Source: Fonticula alba ATCC 38817
Taxonomy: Eukaryota; Protista; Nucleariida
DNA length: 63,503 nt
NCBI GenBank assembly: GCA_000388065.2
Contig: KB932204.1
Strand: one strand, 5' to 3'
Each line of letters opens with the position of its first letter. Within the stretch, counting starts at the first letter, position 1. Positions 1 through 13,320 of the stretch are shown piece after piece. The notes beneath the pieces are model-generated. The model saw nothing but the letters and a program-made list of their open reading frames with translations. It was not told where the DNA came from and did no database searches. The translations under genes and the position numbers were made by a program.

Positions 1-2057
1 CCCGCCCCGGGGGGAGGGAGGCGGAGGTGGAGACCCGAAAGTCCGCCATCCTCGCGGCGCCCAGCCCCATTTGCACCCTGGGCCACTGCATGGGGAGACT
101 GTCGGATGGGGCCGGGGAGCAGCCCGGCGGAGGTCGCGTGCGCTTGTGTGTGTGCGCGCGCGCGCGCGCTTGCCACCCCCTCCGCCGCCGTATTTCACGC
201 CCCGCCGGGGCGGGACGGGGTTCGGGCGAGCCTTCCCGGCCGGGTGTTGCCCCCCGGACGACGCTGGGCCCTTCTCATCCCCCGCACGCCGGCGGGCCGG
301 AGCCGGGCGTCCCGAAAAACACCTCTCATCACATGCCGCGCCGGCACGCCTTCGGCCAGGCGGCGGTGCAGAATTTCCAAGCACCCGGCAGTTGGCAGTC
401 GCTTTGCCAGGCCGCCCGGCATTGCTCCCTCCCCATGTCCTCAAGGCGGGCCCCGGCCACGGGCGCGCTCGCCCGAGAAACCCAGCCCGGCGGATCTAAC
501 CCTGTGGGAGGGGGGGGGTGAGGCCCAGGCGGGAGCGGGTGGCCGGACGACGGCACAAAAAAAAACGAAAGAAGGAGAAGGCTCACGACTTCAACCATGC
601 GGGAAAGCCCTCTTGGGGGGGAACGTCGCGGGGCAGCGGGCGGGGGAAGGGGGAAGGGGGGAGGGCTGGCCTTTTTTTTCTCCCGAGTCCTGCCCTATCA
701 ACTTGAGGCAGGCCCCTCCAAGAGGGATATCTGCCTCGCAAGCGTCCTCGCATGGTCCCTGTCCGCCCCCCCGGGGGGGGGGGGGGGGGNNNNNNNNNNN
801 NNNNNNNNNNNNNNNNNNNNNNNNNNNNNNNNNNNNNNNNNNNNNNNNNNNNNNNNNNNNNNNNNNNNNNNNNNNNNNNNNNNNNNNNNNNNNNNNNNNN
901 NNNNNNNNNNNNNNNNNNNNNNNNNNNNNNNNNNNNNNNNNNNNNNNNNNNNNNNNNNNNNNNNNNNNNNNNNNNNNNNNNNNNNNNNNNNNNNNNNNNN
1001 NNNNNNNNNNNNNNNNNNNNNNNNNNNNNNNNNNNNNNNNNNNNNNNNNNNNNNNNNNNNNNNNNNNNNGGGGGGGGGGGGGGGGGGGCAGGAGGCCGAG
1101 AGCACCACGGATGGCCGAACCAAAATATCTCGAGCTCTCCCGCGACAGAGGAAAATTCGCCTCCCAGCACCTGTCCCACCTCGGGGCGTCATGGCGGAAG
1201 GACCCATTCATGCATGAGGAGGCAGCAGAGCAAACAAGGAGGAACGACGCCAGGCATCCCGGGGCGGCATGCCTTCAGGTCAGTCTCTCGCCCGCCCCTA
1301 CCCACACAGACATAGATACACATACACATACACACACACAGACACACACACAGACACACACATGCATTCAGGCGAGCGAGGTCTTAGGTGCGCACTTGCC
1401 TCGCTTCGGAATTTTGAGGGATTTTCGACGGACAAGGGGGCGCGATAGGCAGCCGTGGGGAGGCTGGTGGATTTTCTGGCCGTCCGTCCCTCGGGCACCA
1501 GTGCTACCCCCGCGCCCCCCTGGACTGGGCCGGAGGGGGGGGCCTCAGAGGGCCACGGAGGCCTGGACAAGCAGCAGCCCTATCTTCTTGTCCCCGCCCA
1601 GGCCCGGGAGTCCCCCGGCCGCCAGCCAGTCTCCCTCCCGGGGTACGGCCAAAGCATCCGCCGAAACCCCCCACAATTGTCCGGAAACCCCACAATGCCA
1701 AACTCATGGGCACATGACCCGTCATGCGGGCGTGATACCCATGCGCCATGGAGCGCGCGTCCGGCCCAAATCCAAACGTGGGCGCCCGGGCGCGCGATCG
1801 CCCGCCGCTCTGCCCACGCTCGGCCCGGGCAGCCGGCACACAACAGCCGCCCCCTGCCGCCGGGGGAGCTCCGCCCTCGGGCCGGGGCGGTGGCACGTCC
1901 CGCCCCCAAGCCAGGCCGGCGATGGAGGCAGGGAGAAGGGAGCACGCCACCGGCCCACGGCCACAGCGGGGATCACACATCCCTCCAGGGGAGGGGACTC
2001 AAGACGATCTCGCCCCCCTCCCGGTGCGCCCCGCCACCTGGCCAGCTGTCTTCCCTC

Positions 2058-2089
<32 letters not shown>

Positions 2090-2248
2090 GCAGAATCCCC
2101 GCTCGCACCTACTCAGCCGGATTTGCTCGCCACACCCATCGCGCCCGGTGAACCGCTGAGGCCCCTCTTTTTTTTTCTCCCCCCCCCCCTCCCCCTGGTC
2201 AGCTCCGATCCGCCGGGTCACCTGTCTCTCGGGCCCCTCTCTTCAACC

Positions 2249-2838
2249 ATGGCCGAGCTGTGGGACTACCTCGTCGGCAAAATCAAAAATGGGATGAACG
2301 AAATGGGCTTGCACGTCTCGCGGAGGGATTTCCCGGCCCGCTTGGTCCCCTCATATCCCCCGGCCCCGGTGCCGCCTGGCGAGCCGCTGGCCATCCCCAC
2401 CATCCGTGAAACCACCACCAACTGCTGGTCCTTCATCAAGATTTCTTCATGTGCGTGCCTTGTGCCTGTCCCCCCCCCCCCTGCCTGCTGCTCACCTCGC
2501 CTGCGCCCTCGGTCTCCCTCCCTCTCTGCCTGCCTCGCTCGCCGCTTCTCTGCCCATGTCCACATGCACATGTGCCCATGCACCTGGCCTCCGCAGTCAT
2601 TCTTGCCTTGGGGTCCTACCCGTTGAGTCTGGCCATCACCGATGCCATCTATGGCGAGCGGTACACCTGGCGGCGGCGGAACATCACTTTCCTGGCCCTG
2701 GCCATCCCGCTGGCCCTGGCCAACGCCGTGTATATTCGAAACACCCACTTGAGCTGCATGCCGCACAACTACTACCGTGGAACATACTTCCACTACAACC
2801 CGACCCATTTGCCGGATGACAATCATATCCCACGCTGA
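2249..2838 (+). CDS. Orphan 147-aa protein with two predicted TM helices (exons 2249-2450, 2597-2838)
   Basis: ATG in context caaccATGG. A GTGCGT...CCGCAG intron joins the two ORF pieces in frame (phase 1, T+TC = Phe). Ends in TGA. Two hydrophobic stretches are bracketed by Cys59 and Cys121. No family recognised with confidence. Confidence 0.62.
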
Positions 2839-2891
2839 GGCGGCGCGCGAGCCCGACGGCAGCCAGCCCCGACGCTTGGCCGGCGGCTCCT

Positions 2892-2925
<34 letters not shown>

Positions 2926-3057
2926 TGCATGTGGACATTGTGACCTGGGTGCCATACACGGCCAAATGCACAAACGCATGCATATATGTACATGAAAAAT
3001 AGACCCTCGGCAGGGGGACAGCCAAGAGAGAGAGAGAGAGAGAGAGAGGTGTTTGAC

Positions 3058-6000
3058 CTAGCCAGAGCGGAAAAAGGCATCGTCCAGCACCAGCAAGTGG
3101 CGCAGAGTGGGCCGTCCATGCGGGCAGTTCCACGGGTGCACCAGCTCCGCCAGGTTGTGGACCACCTGCGCAAGACGATGCCAAGTTAGAAGAGGGCAAC
3201 AGTGGCGCGGAGGGGGGGGGAGGGGCACGGAGGAGCGCGACCGCCCGGGTGTCAGGACGCACCTTGGTCATCTCCTTCTTGGAGAGGGCTCGCCCGATCA
3301 TGATGCTCTGCCGGCAGGCCTGCGTGGCGAAGGCCCGCCGAGCGCGACCGCTGCACAAGGCCTCCAAATCCACGCTGGCAGGGTCCTCCTCTTCCAGCTC
3401 CCCGGTAGGCGGCCGCCAGTCCGGCACGGACCACCGGGCGGCCGGGTTCGAATTGGACCCGGACGCCGCTGTCACGCGGGTCCCGGCGAAAAACCCGGAC
3501 GCCATGTCATCCTCCGGGTCCAGGCCATCCAGGACCAGCGGCAGGGGGGCCAGGTACGACGTGTCCTCCGGCGTGCCGGCCCCGGCGGCCTCCTCAGTGG
3601 CTGCGCCATTTGAGGCGGCCGCGCCAGCATCTTGGCTCAGCGACGATGCCCGATGGCTGCGCGACATGTTGGCGATCCCGCCGGTCGAGAAGATGGACAG
3701 CTGCCGGAGCAGGTCATCCAGGTCATCCACACCGAGGACTTGCCCGCGAGCCAGGACCGGCTGGCCGGTCAGCCGGACGCTCTCAACATCAGCCGGCTCG
3801 GAGGCGTCCCCCTCCGGGGCCAGCTGGAAGGAAAAGGTGAACCCATTGCGTCGGAAGACTGTCGAAGCGTGCTGGTAACAGAGCTGCCGTTCAATGGCGT
3901 CCAAATGCTCGAGGGGGCGTGGGCTATTGGGTGGACGCGACAGAGGGAGGGAGGGAGAGGGAGGGAGAGGGATGGGAGAGGGATGGGAGAGGGAGAGGTA
4001 GACGCACAGACGGACACACAGACGGACACACAGGCAGACAGGCAGACAGACAGACAGACAGACAGACACACAGACAGACACACAGACAGACACACAGACA
4101 GACAGACAGACAGACAGACAGACGGATAGACGGACAGAGGGAGGGAGAGAGAGGCTGGGTCAGGGTGCGGATAACGGGGGTGGACGAGGGGGGAAACTTC
4201 GGCAGGGAAACCGAGAAAAGGGATGCCCTCGGCAGGAGGAGAGCCACGCACACAACCAGCGGCTGCGGCGTGAGGCGCGTCTCGCGGCGGATGCGCTCGT
4301 AGTTGAACTTCTCATCGGCCGCATGCTGGTCAATGATGAACAGGTCGCCGAAGGCCTGGAGCTTGGAGGCCCCATTTGCTGAGGGCCTATTCGGCTGGCC
4401 TTCGGCCCCTCCCACCTCGGCCTCGGCCCGTGGCAGAAACGCAATGATGAAGCCATTGTTGAACTGGCCAAGGACGCGCATCCGGCGGAAATCCGCCTGC
4501 CGGAGGGTCCGCTCGCGGCGGCTGGTGACGCCGGTGGCCCCGGCATCGAGACGGACTTCCCCGGCCTGGGGGTCGACATGGGTCGACGCAGCGACAGGTG
4601 CGCGCGTGGCTCCGGCCGCCCCAGCACCATGCGTGTAGACGCTGTCATAGTGGAAGGCGCCGGCATCGGTGCTGGGCGCGCCCGAGCCCGACGCAAGTCC
4701 CGCCAGCCGCCGGGACATCGAGCCCAGGTCCACGCGGACCCTGGCCACCGGTTGATCTGATGGCCTGGCCGAGAAGGCCGACCGTAGTGGACCTGTCGAG
4801 CTGCCACTCGGAGGAGTGCTGTAAGACGAGCGGGCCAGGTGGTCAGAGGCGGGGGGGGGGGGGGGGGGGGGGGGGGTTCAACAAAAAAAACACGGCGGAG
4901 GGATTGGCGGGGAAGGAGAGTCGCGAGACATACTGCACGGGCAAGGTGACGCTTGGCATGTCGGAAGTACATGAGGAAGGGACCGGAGAACCGGGGGTCG
5001 TCACGCTCGCCGTCCGGCCGAGTGGGCCGCCTGGCGCACCGAGCCCAATGCCAAGCAGCGCCTCGACCGGCTGCTGTGGCTCCGGCTCCGACTCCGGCTC
5101 CGACATACTCCCAGACCCCTCCCCCGAGGAGGGCATGGTGGCCGGCCCAACGCGTGGGCGCTTCGGATGCGAGCCGGGGTCCGACGGGCCCGGGCTGGCC
5201 GGACGGACCGGGCGCCGGGCCGACTCGGACTCCCCGCCGGCGGGATCGTCGTCCGGGCAACAGCCGGCACTTGGGGGCGGCTCCCGAACCGGCGCAGATA
5301 GAACCCAGCTGACGGCCTCGGGCACCGGCAGATCCGCGGCCTCGGGCGAACCCCGGGCCTCGGGCTCCGGGCGGGCGTCCCGACCGGTGGAAGGCCCCGC
5401 CCGGCCAATCGGCTCCAAGGGCGCTCGGGCGGCGCTCGGGGGCGCTGCCCGAGCCGGCGCCATGGCAAAAGTCAACACGGTGCCATCATCCAGATGTGTC
5501 TCCTGGTGAATGATCTCCGCTGGTGGCGAGCCCATCCGGCCAGGGGCCGGGACTGTGGCCTCGACATCCATCGGCTCCTCGTGGCTGGCATGTGACGAGA
5601 GGCGGGCCTCCCGCTCTTCGTCATACGTGGCAAGCAGCTGCCCCGCTGGATGCTGCTGCGGCTCCGCCTTCGGCTGCGGCTCCGCCTCGGTGAGCCAGGC
5701 TTGCGTGGTTGCAATGCTGGGGCGCGTGGGAGACCCCCTGAAAGGGAGACCCGCCTCGGTCTTGGGCTCGAGCATGGCTGACGATGCATTGGTCGCCTGC
5801 ATGAACTGCGACAGCGGCAGCGGCTCATTGACCGTGTACGTGCGTCGCGAGGCCGACAGCGCCTGCTCGAGGTATTCCTACGGCGCACGAACAGGGCAAA
5901 GGGAGACACGTGTCAGCACTGGCAGGCGGTGCGGCGGGTGGCAGGCAAGCCCGGGCCAGGGCCGGCAACACACCTTGAAGGTCGATACGATGACCGCCTC

Positions 6001-7164
6001 GCGGCGGAGGAGCACGGTGCGCTTGTCCGGCGAAACATTGATGTCCACCTCGCGGCCAAGCGCGGCCGGCTCAATCAGCAGCATGGCCCCGAGGAAGGGG
6101 ACCGCCGTGGCCCGGGAGGCATTGGCGGCCGAGGTCATCGAGGCAGTTCGGTAGGCCTCGGTGGCGGCGCGCGTCATGCTCGAGAGGTCAATCAGGCGCT
6201 GGTTCAGGGAGATATGCTGCCGCGGGTCGACGCTGGGGGACGTGGTGGTGGAGACAGTGCCCCCGCCGGCGGCCAGCATGCCGGACACCGACACCGCCGG
6301 GGGATTCGGCGTGGAGATCAGCCCGATGACGGTGATGCTGGGGGGGGAAGGGGAGCGGGGGGGGGGGGGGGGCGGGAAAGGGGACAGCGGCCGGAGAGGA
6401 ACGCCCAGACGTGTGGGATGGTGGTCAGAGCCGCGGGGCGGAGGCAGCACCCCGGAGGAGGAGGTGACGTACGTGTGCCCGTCGCTCGGGATGTCGATGG
6501 TGAATTGCTCCAGGGCGTCGGCAAAGCGGCCGCCGTACACCCCCGTCACGGCGGCGTGGATGCTCCGCAGGAGTTGGGCCCGGTCGGCGGTGGCAGTGGG
6601 GAGGTCGGGCGCCGGGCCGCCGGCCGCCGCGGCCGCCGTCGCCCGGCGCCCCGCCCCGCTGGTGGCGAAGATCAACTCGGTCTTGGCTCGCTGGCCCGAG
6701 GTGGTCAGGATGTGCGTCAGCCGGACGGCCAGCTGCGGGCAGCTGACGCAAGCCATGGCCCGGATCATGGCCACCGCGCGGTTGTAATTCCGCAGCCGGC
6801 AGCGCACGGCCTCCCGATGGCGGACCGGCTGGTTCTTGAAGAGGCTTCGCACGGTGACCGTCGTGCCGAACTGTCATCCCCGGCTGTCAGGACTGGGGCG
6901 CTGGGAAGGGAGGGGGGGGGGGGGGGGCGAAAAGAGGACGCACATCTCGGCCGGACGGGACAACCGACTGGGCCTCGCCATGGGAGTCGTAGACCGCCGA
7001 AAAGGCGGGCACCGCACCGGCCGCCGGGGTCCGCTGTCGCGAGGTGATTGACAGCTCGCCGAGGAAGGCCAGCGCATTGAGCGCCTCCCCGCGGAAGCCA
7101 AAGCTGGCCACCTGCACCGCCGTCGAGGCGGGCGATCCGGAGGTCAGTCACGAGGATGGAGCGG

Positions 7165-7214
<50 letters not shown>

Positions 7215-7777
7215 GGAGCAGGGAGCAGGGAGCAATGGCCCGCCCGGTGTACGCATGCGCATTGGGAAACGCAGGACACGCACATTGGCCACATCCTCGA
7301 AGGAGCTGATCTTGGAGGTCCAGTATTTTTTGGCTGCGCCACGGGCGTCAGTGGACACGAAACGAAGGGCGACCTGGCGCTGCCAAGGTGCCACCGGTGA
7401 CTGTGCTGGCGAGCTGGGAGGGCGGAGGGCGGAGGGCGGAGGGCGGGCGAGGAAGATGGGCCGCACCGATGTCTCGCAGAGACGTTTCATCAAGGCCGTG
7501 GCCATCGTCGGCCACCTCGATTGAGGTAAGGCCGTGGTCGCGCAGGGTGATGTCTACGCGGGGCATTGGGGCCGGCAGTTAGATTGGCGGCAGGGGCGCC
7601 AGTGGGACCCACGCACGCGGGGAAGGAAGAGCACGTACCAAGCTTGGTGGCCCCGGCATCGATGGCATTCTCGATGAGCTCCTTGAGGGTGGCCGAGAGG
7701 TCCACGACAACCTGCGAGGCACACAGGCGCCGGGCACTTGTCGGGTCCAGCGGGCGGATGCCCGGCGTGGCGGCCAT
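3058..7777 (-). CDS. PMS2: MutL-family mismatch-repair endonuclease PMS2 (yeast Pms1 type)
   Basis: GHKL motifs ELIENAIDAG, DDGHG, FGFRGEAL, GTTVTV. Endonuclease motifs DQHAADEKFNYE, ACR and CPHGRP. QPLVVP clamp-binding-like motif. Exons 7777-7639, 7553-7467, 7333-7284, 7111-6944, 6870-5974, 5877-4934, 4818-4252, 3923-3263, 3165-3058; all GT-AG and phase-consistent. Confidence 0.95.
4001..4136. repeat. (CAGA)n/(CACAGACA)n microsatellite in PMS2 intron 7
   Basis: Tandem GACA/CACA units visible directly. Confidence 0.9.
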
Positions 7778-8083
7778 GGCGATCCTCGGTGGATGCAGAA
7801 GGGTACGCGAAAGGGGGAAAGGGCGACAGGCCGGCTGGGAAGAGGCCGGGGGGCGGGAAGAGGGGCAGCAGCAAGAACGCCGGCGGGGNNNNNNNNNNNN
7901 NNNNNNNNNNNNNNNNNNNNNNNNNNNNNNNNNNNNNNNNNNNNNNNNNNNNNNNNNNNNNNNNNNNNNNNNNNNNNNNNNNNNNNNNNNNNNNNNNNNN
8001 NNNNNNNNNNNNNNNNNNNNNNNNNNNNNNNNNNNNNNNNNNNNNNNNNNNNNNNNNNNNNNNNNNNNNNNNNNNNNNNNNNN

Positions 8084-8116
<33 letters not shown>

Positions 8117-8700
8117 GCCCACGCGTGTGAGCCCCTGCGCCGCGACCGGCCCCCGATCCGGTGCCGGGAGGCCAGATCCCGCATTCACCCACAGTCAGGG
8201 GGCCCTCCCGCCCCCCAATCGGCCTTGCGCGCGCGCACACACACGCACACACGCACACACGCACACACGCACTCTCATGCCGGCCCTCGACTCGGGCTGA
8301 CTCCCGACCCTCCCTGCCGCCCTGAGGAGACGTGCGTCACTGCCCCCCTCGGGCAAGCCAGCGGGCGGCACCGGGCCACCCCGGCGCCGATCGCCGTGCC
8401 TCCGCCGGTGCGCACACGCGCGGGCACACATAAATGGCCCGGCGGAGAATCCCCCTCCGCTGGCCGGCGGAGCGCGCCAGAAGATTGCGTGTCAAGCACC
8501 CCTCCCCCCTGATATCTGCCTGCTTCTCCCCCCTCCTCTACCCCTTGCCCTTGTGAGTACTTCTCCACTTGCTGCCCTCCCCCGCCCCCCCCCCCTTCCC
8601 TCCTGAGGGGCGCCCTCCACGCAGCGTCCACCCTTCCGCTAACCAGTCCCTCCGCTGCCCTCCCCCCGCGCTTGCCCCGGGACCGCTTGACGCCAGCACC

Positions 8701-11700
8701 ATGCTCGGTCGCACGCTGCCTATGGCCCGCTTTGCCTCTGCGCGCGCCGCCGCCGGCCGCGCGGTTGCCCTGCGCGCTTCGGCCATTCACTCGCCCGCGG
8801 CCCTGGCCGCGGATGCTGACCGTCGCCAGAACCACACCGCTCAGGCCGCCCCGCTGGTGGCCAGCCGCTTCCCCCTGGCGCGCGCCTTCTCCACCGAGGC
8901 CACCCCGGCGGCTGAGACCGCCAAGCCGGCGTCCACCGTTCGCCGGCAGTTCCAGGCCGAGACCGCCAAGCTGCTGGACATCGTGGCCAACTCGCTGTAC
9001 TCCGAGAAGGAGGTTTTCGTTCGGGAGATCATCTCCAACGCGTCGGATGCGCTGGAGAAGGTACGCGCCTTGGATCGCCGCTGCCGCTGCCCCCTGCCCC
9101 TCTCCCTCCCCCCCCCCCCCCTCCCCACGTAGACCCCATTCTCTGACCCGTCCATGGCGCCGCACCCCTGTGTGCCCACAGCTCCGCCACATGCAGCTGA
9201 CTGATGCCTCGCTCGGCGGCGAGGGTCCCCTGTCCATCGCCATCACCACCGACGAGGAGGCCAACACCATTACCTTCACCGTGCGTCACCGTGCATGCAC
9301 TCCCATTCGCGCGCCTGGCACCTCCCGCGCACGGGACTCACACCTGCTCCCCCACCTGCCCCCTCACCTGCTCCCGCGGAACTGGGGGGGGAAAAAAAAC
9401 CCAACAATAGGACAACGGTATCGGCATGACCGAGGAGGAGATGATCAACAACCTCGGCACCATCGCCCGGTCCGGCTCCAAGGCCTTCATCGAGGACCTC
9501 AAGAAGACCGGCGGCTCGGCCAACGCGAGCGACTCCATCATCGGCCAGTTTGGCGTGGGGTTCTACTCGACCTTCATGGTCGGCAACCAGGTGGAGGTGA
9601 TCTCCCGGTCTGTGACCGACCCGAATGGCAAGGGCTATGGCTGGATTTCCAGCGGGTATGTCCATTCGCGCCCCCTGCCCTTCCCCCGAATTGCCTTCCC
9701 CCCGTCCCCGGGCTGGGCACCACCCGGTCGCTGACCCCCCGGCCCCACCCCCACCGCGTCCATGTGCCCAGTACCGGCGAGTACGAAATGTATGATGCCC
9801 CCGATGCCCAGCCTGGCACCAAGATCATCATCCACCTGAAGGACTCCTGCCGGGAGTTCTCTCGGCCCAAGCGCATTTCCGGTGCGAGCCCCTCTGCTCT
9901 CTCTCTCTCTCTCTCTCCCGCCCCCTGCACTTGCCGGTCCCTGGCGCATGCGCCACCGTGCCATTGCACCGCCACCACCACCACCACCACCACCACCCCC
10001 CTCTGACATGCATATGTGTGACCCGCCGCCGTCGCAGATGTCATCGACAAGTACAGCTCCTTCATCTCCTTCCCGATCATGCTGAACAACGCGCAGATCA
10101 ACAACCTGAAGCCCCTGTGGATGCACAGCAAGGAGGAGATCACCCCGGAGGCGCTGAAGAACTTCTACCGCTTCACGTCCGGCATGTCGGACGACCCGAT
10201 CATGTCGCTGCACTACTCGGCCGACGCGCCGCTCACCCTGCGCACGCTGCTCTTCGTGCCGTCGCACAATGTCCAGCGCTTCCAGAAGCGCATCGACCAC
10301 ACGGTGTCCCTGTACACGCGCAAGGTGCTGATTCAGGCCAACTGCCGGCACCTGCTGCCGGAGTGGCTGCGCTTCGTCACCGGTGTCGTGGACTCGGAGG
10401 ACATCCCGCTGAACCTGTCGCGTGAGATGCTGCAGGACAGCGCGCTGATTGCCAAGATTCGCCGGCACCTGACCGGGCGCATCCTGCGCTGGTTCTCCGA
10501 CGAGGCTCGCAACAACCCGGACTCGTACCTGGAGTTCTACGAGCAGTTCGGCATCTTCCTGAAGGAGGGCGCTGCCACGGATCGCGAGTTCACCGACCGC
10601 GTGATGAAGCTCCTGCGCTTCAACTCGTCCTACTGCATGGAGCGCTACCGCGAGCGGGCTGCCTCGTATGAGCGCCGCCGGCAGAAGCACGAGGACGAGA
10701 CGGGCAACATGCTGCTGGATGAGGAGTTCACCGCGGCCCCGGTGGCCTCGCTGGATGAGTACATCGCCCGCATGAAGCCCGGCCAGAACAAGATCTACTA
10801 CCTGGTGACCCCGACGCGCCAGCTGGCCGAGCAGTCTGTCTACTATGAGCCCTTCAAGCAGCACGGCCTGGAGGTGCTGTTCCTGCATGAGGCGGTCGAT
10901 GAGTATGTCATGAACAACCTCCGGTCGTACGAGGGCAAGGAGTTCGTCAACATCGAGTCGCCGGATGTCGACATCAAGGCCACCGTCTCGGAGGAGGAGG
11001 CCAAGGAGGCCGAGAAGAATGTGCTTGTGCGTGCCGCCCCGCATGTGTCCCTCGGGCTGTTGGCTTCCTCTCCCTTTTTTTTGTCTGTGGCTCTCATGCT
11101 TGCCCCGATTACGCGGGGGCCGGGGGGGGGGGGGGGTGATATTGCTGTTGTCTGTTGCTGACCCCCCATTCTGATGGTCTCCCGCCGCTGCTATGGTGTG
11201 TGTGCGTGTCGTCGTCGTCGTCGTCGTCGCGCATGCCTTCGTGTGATGGGGGCGGTGGGGCTCTTTTTTTTTTTCTCGCCCTCCCTCTTCCCGGTGTACA
11301 GGACTCGGATGCCGTGTGCTTCTGGTTCCTGCAGACCCTCGGCAACGAGCTGGTCCAGTCGGTCAATGTGTCCAACCGCCTGGTGTCCTACCCGGCCATG
11401 ATTGTTGGCTCGGAGTCCGGCGCCATGCGCTCCATGATGCAGATGCTGCACAACTCCATGGGCGAGGACCGTACGTGATGGGTGTCCCTTTTGCCGGGTC
11501 TGCCTTTTTTATCCGCCCTCTGCTGATGTGTGTGTGCATGTGTGTGCATGCGTGTGCATGCGTGTGCATGTGTGCATTTGTGCCCATACATGCGCATGTT
11601 TGTCTGCTTGTATGTCACCCTGACACGCCCTCTTTCCCCCCCCCCCTCCCCCCCTTTGCACACGCAAACAGTCCCCATCCCGCCCCAGCGCCTGGAGATC

Positions 11701-12057
11701 AACCCCAACCACCCGATTGTGCGGAACATCATCAAGCTCCGCGACAGCGGCAACACGGCCATCGCCCGCATGGCCGCCCGGCAGATGTTCGACAATGCCC
11801 GCATGGCTGCCGGCGTCATCGACGACCCGCGCGCCATCCTGCCCAACCTGAACCGCGTGCTGGAGTTCGCCATCCTCGGTGCGGCCGACAGCAAGTCCAA
11901 CGCCGACCGCCTGACCGCGCTGCTGGAGAAGACCGAGTTCGCGGACAACTACCGCGACCCGAACAACCAGTTCTCCGAGCTGGACAACAGCTACTCCGAG
12001 TGGGTCACCCAGACCTCCAACGAGTCGGTCAACAACGTGGAGAAGAAGGACAACTAA
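8701..12057 (+). CDS. TRAP1: Mitochondrial HSP90 (TRAP1/Hsp75)
   Basis: Ala/Arg-rich presequence. Motifs [78 protein letters not shown]. No C-terminal MEEVD or KDEL. Exons 8701-9060, 9182-9280, 9411-9655, 9772-9881, 10038-11026, 11302-11470, 11672-12057. Confidence 0.93.
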
Positions 12058-13320
12058 GGCCCGCCGCCCGGAGATAATACAGGCCCAGGTGTGATGAGTG
12101 TCTGTGGCGTGTGTGCGTGCGTGCGTGCGTGCGTGCCGGTACGCATAGACAGAGCCCGTGCAGGGCCCGGAGGGGAGGAGCCGGCCCCGGGGGCGAAGGG
12201 GGGGGTGGGGGCCACCCTTTTCTGGCACGGCCGGAGGGGCGNNNNNNNNNNNNNNNNNNNNNNNNNNNNNNNNNNNNNNNNNNNNNNNNNNNNNNNNNNN
12301 NNNNNNNNNNNNNNNNNNNNNNNNNNNNNNNNNNNNNNNNNNNNNNNNNNNNNNNNNNNNNNNNNNNNNNNNNNNNNNNNNNNNNNNNNNNNNNNNNNNN
12401 NNNNNNNNNNNNNNNNNNNNNNNNNNNNNNNNNNNNNNNNNNNNNNNNNNNNNNNNNNNNNNNNNNNNNNNNNNNNNNNNNNNNNNNNNNNNNNNNNNNN
12501 NNNNNNNNNNNNNNNNNNNNNNNNNNNNNNNNNNNNNNNNNNNNNNNNNNNNNNNNNNNNNNNNNNNNNNNNNNNNNNNNNNNNNNNNNNNNNNNNNNNN
12601 NNNNNNNNNNNNNNNNNNNNNNNNNNNNNNNNNNNNNNNNNCCGCCTGCCACACGCACCCCCGCGAGCGGTCGTGCCCCTCGCCTGCGCAGCAAACAAAT
12701 AATACACGCATACTCCCTCCCTCTGTGTTAGTCATGTTTCTCTGTCGCCGCCTCCTCTCCCCTTGTGCGGTGGTGGAGAGAGGCGTGCGCCTGCCCCAGA
12801 TGCGTGGAATGGAGGACCCCCAGCATGGGGGAAAAAAAAGAAGCCGAGCCCGCACACCACCGCAGCACAAAAGCGAAAAACAGGACACCGAAAGGGGGGA
12901 TGGGATGCGCTGAGAAGAGGTATATTTCTTCCCCGGGAGGAGGGAGAGAGAGGACACACACACACGCGGCGCTGGGGGCGCGCCGCCGGCGGGCTCTCTT
13001 GTCCGGACACACGGGGGGGGGGAAAGACACACACATCGTGCCCCCTCCTCTCTCTCGCCCGGCCCCCTCACCACCACCACCACCCGCCAACATGCACACA
13101 TGCGCGCAAGTGCTGGGCGGGGGGGGGGGAGAGAGCGAAAGAACGGAGAGCCGGGGGCCCGAAAGAGAGGGTCCTCGCACACACGCACATGGCGCGTGCG
13201 CGCGGCGCACAAAGAGCGGCCCTCTCCCGGCTGCCACCCCCCGCCCCCTCCACCCACAGAGGGGCGGAGGGAAGGAGAGAGAGAGAGAGAACGAGAGAGG
13301 GGGGCGGGGGAAATGCGCGC

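Noticed and set aside
4819-4933. Possible frameshift at the poly-C run in PMS2
   Set aside because: The run lies in a GTATGT...TTACAG phase-2 intron that restores the frame.
11128-11170. G-stem, TGATAT ... CTGA, C-stem in TRAP1 intron 5 resembling a box C/D snoRNA
   Set aside because: The C box is imperfect, there are only about 15 nt between the boxes, and the stem arises from homopolymer runs.
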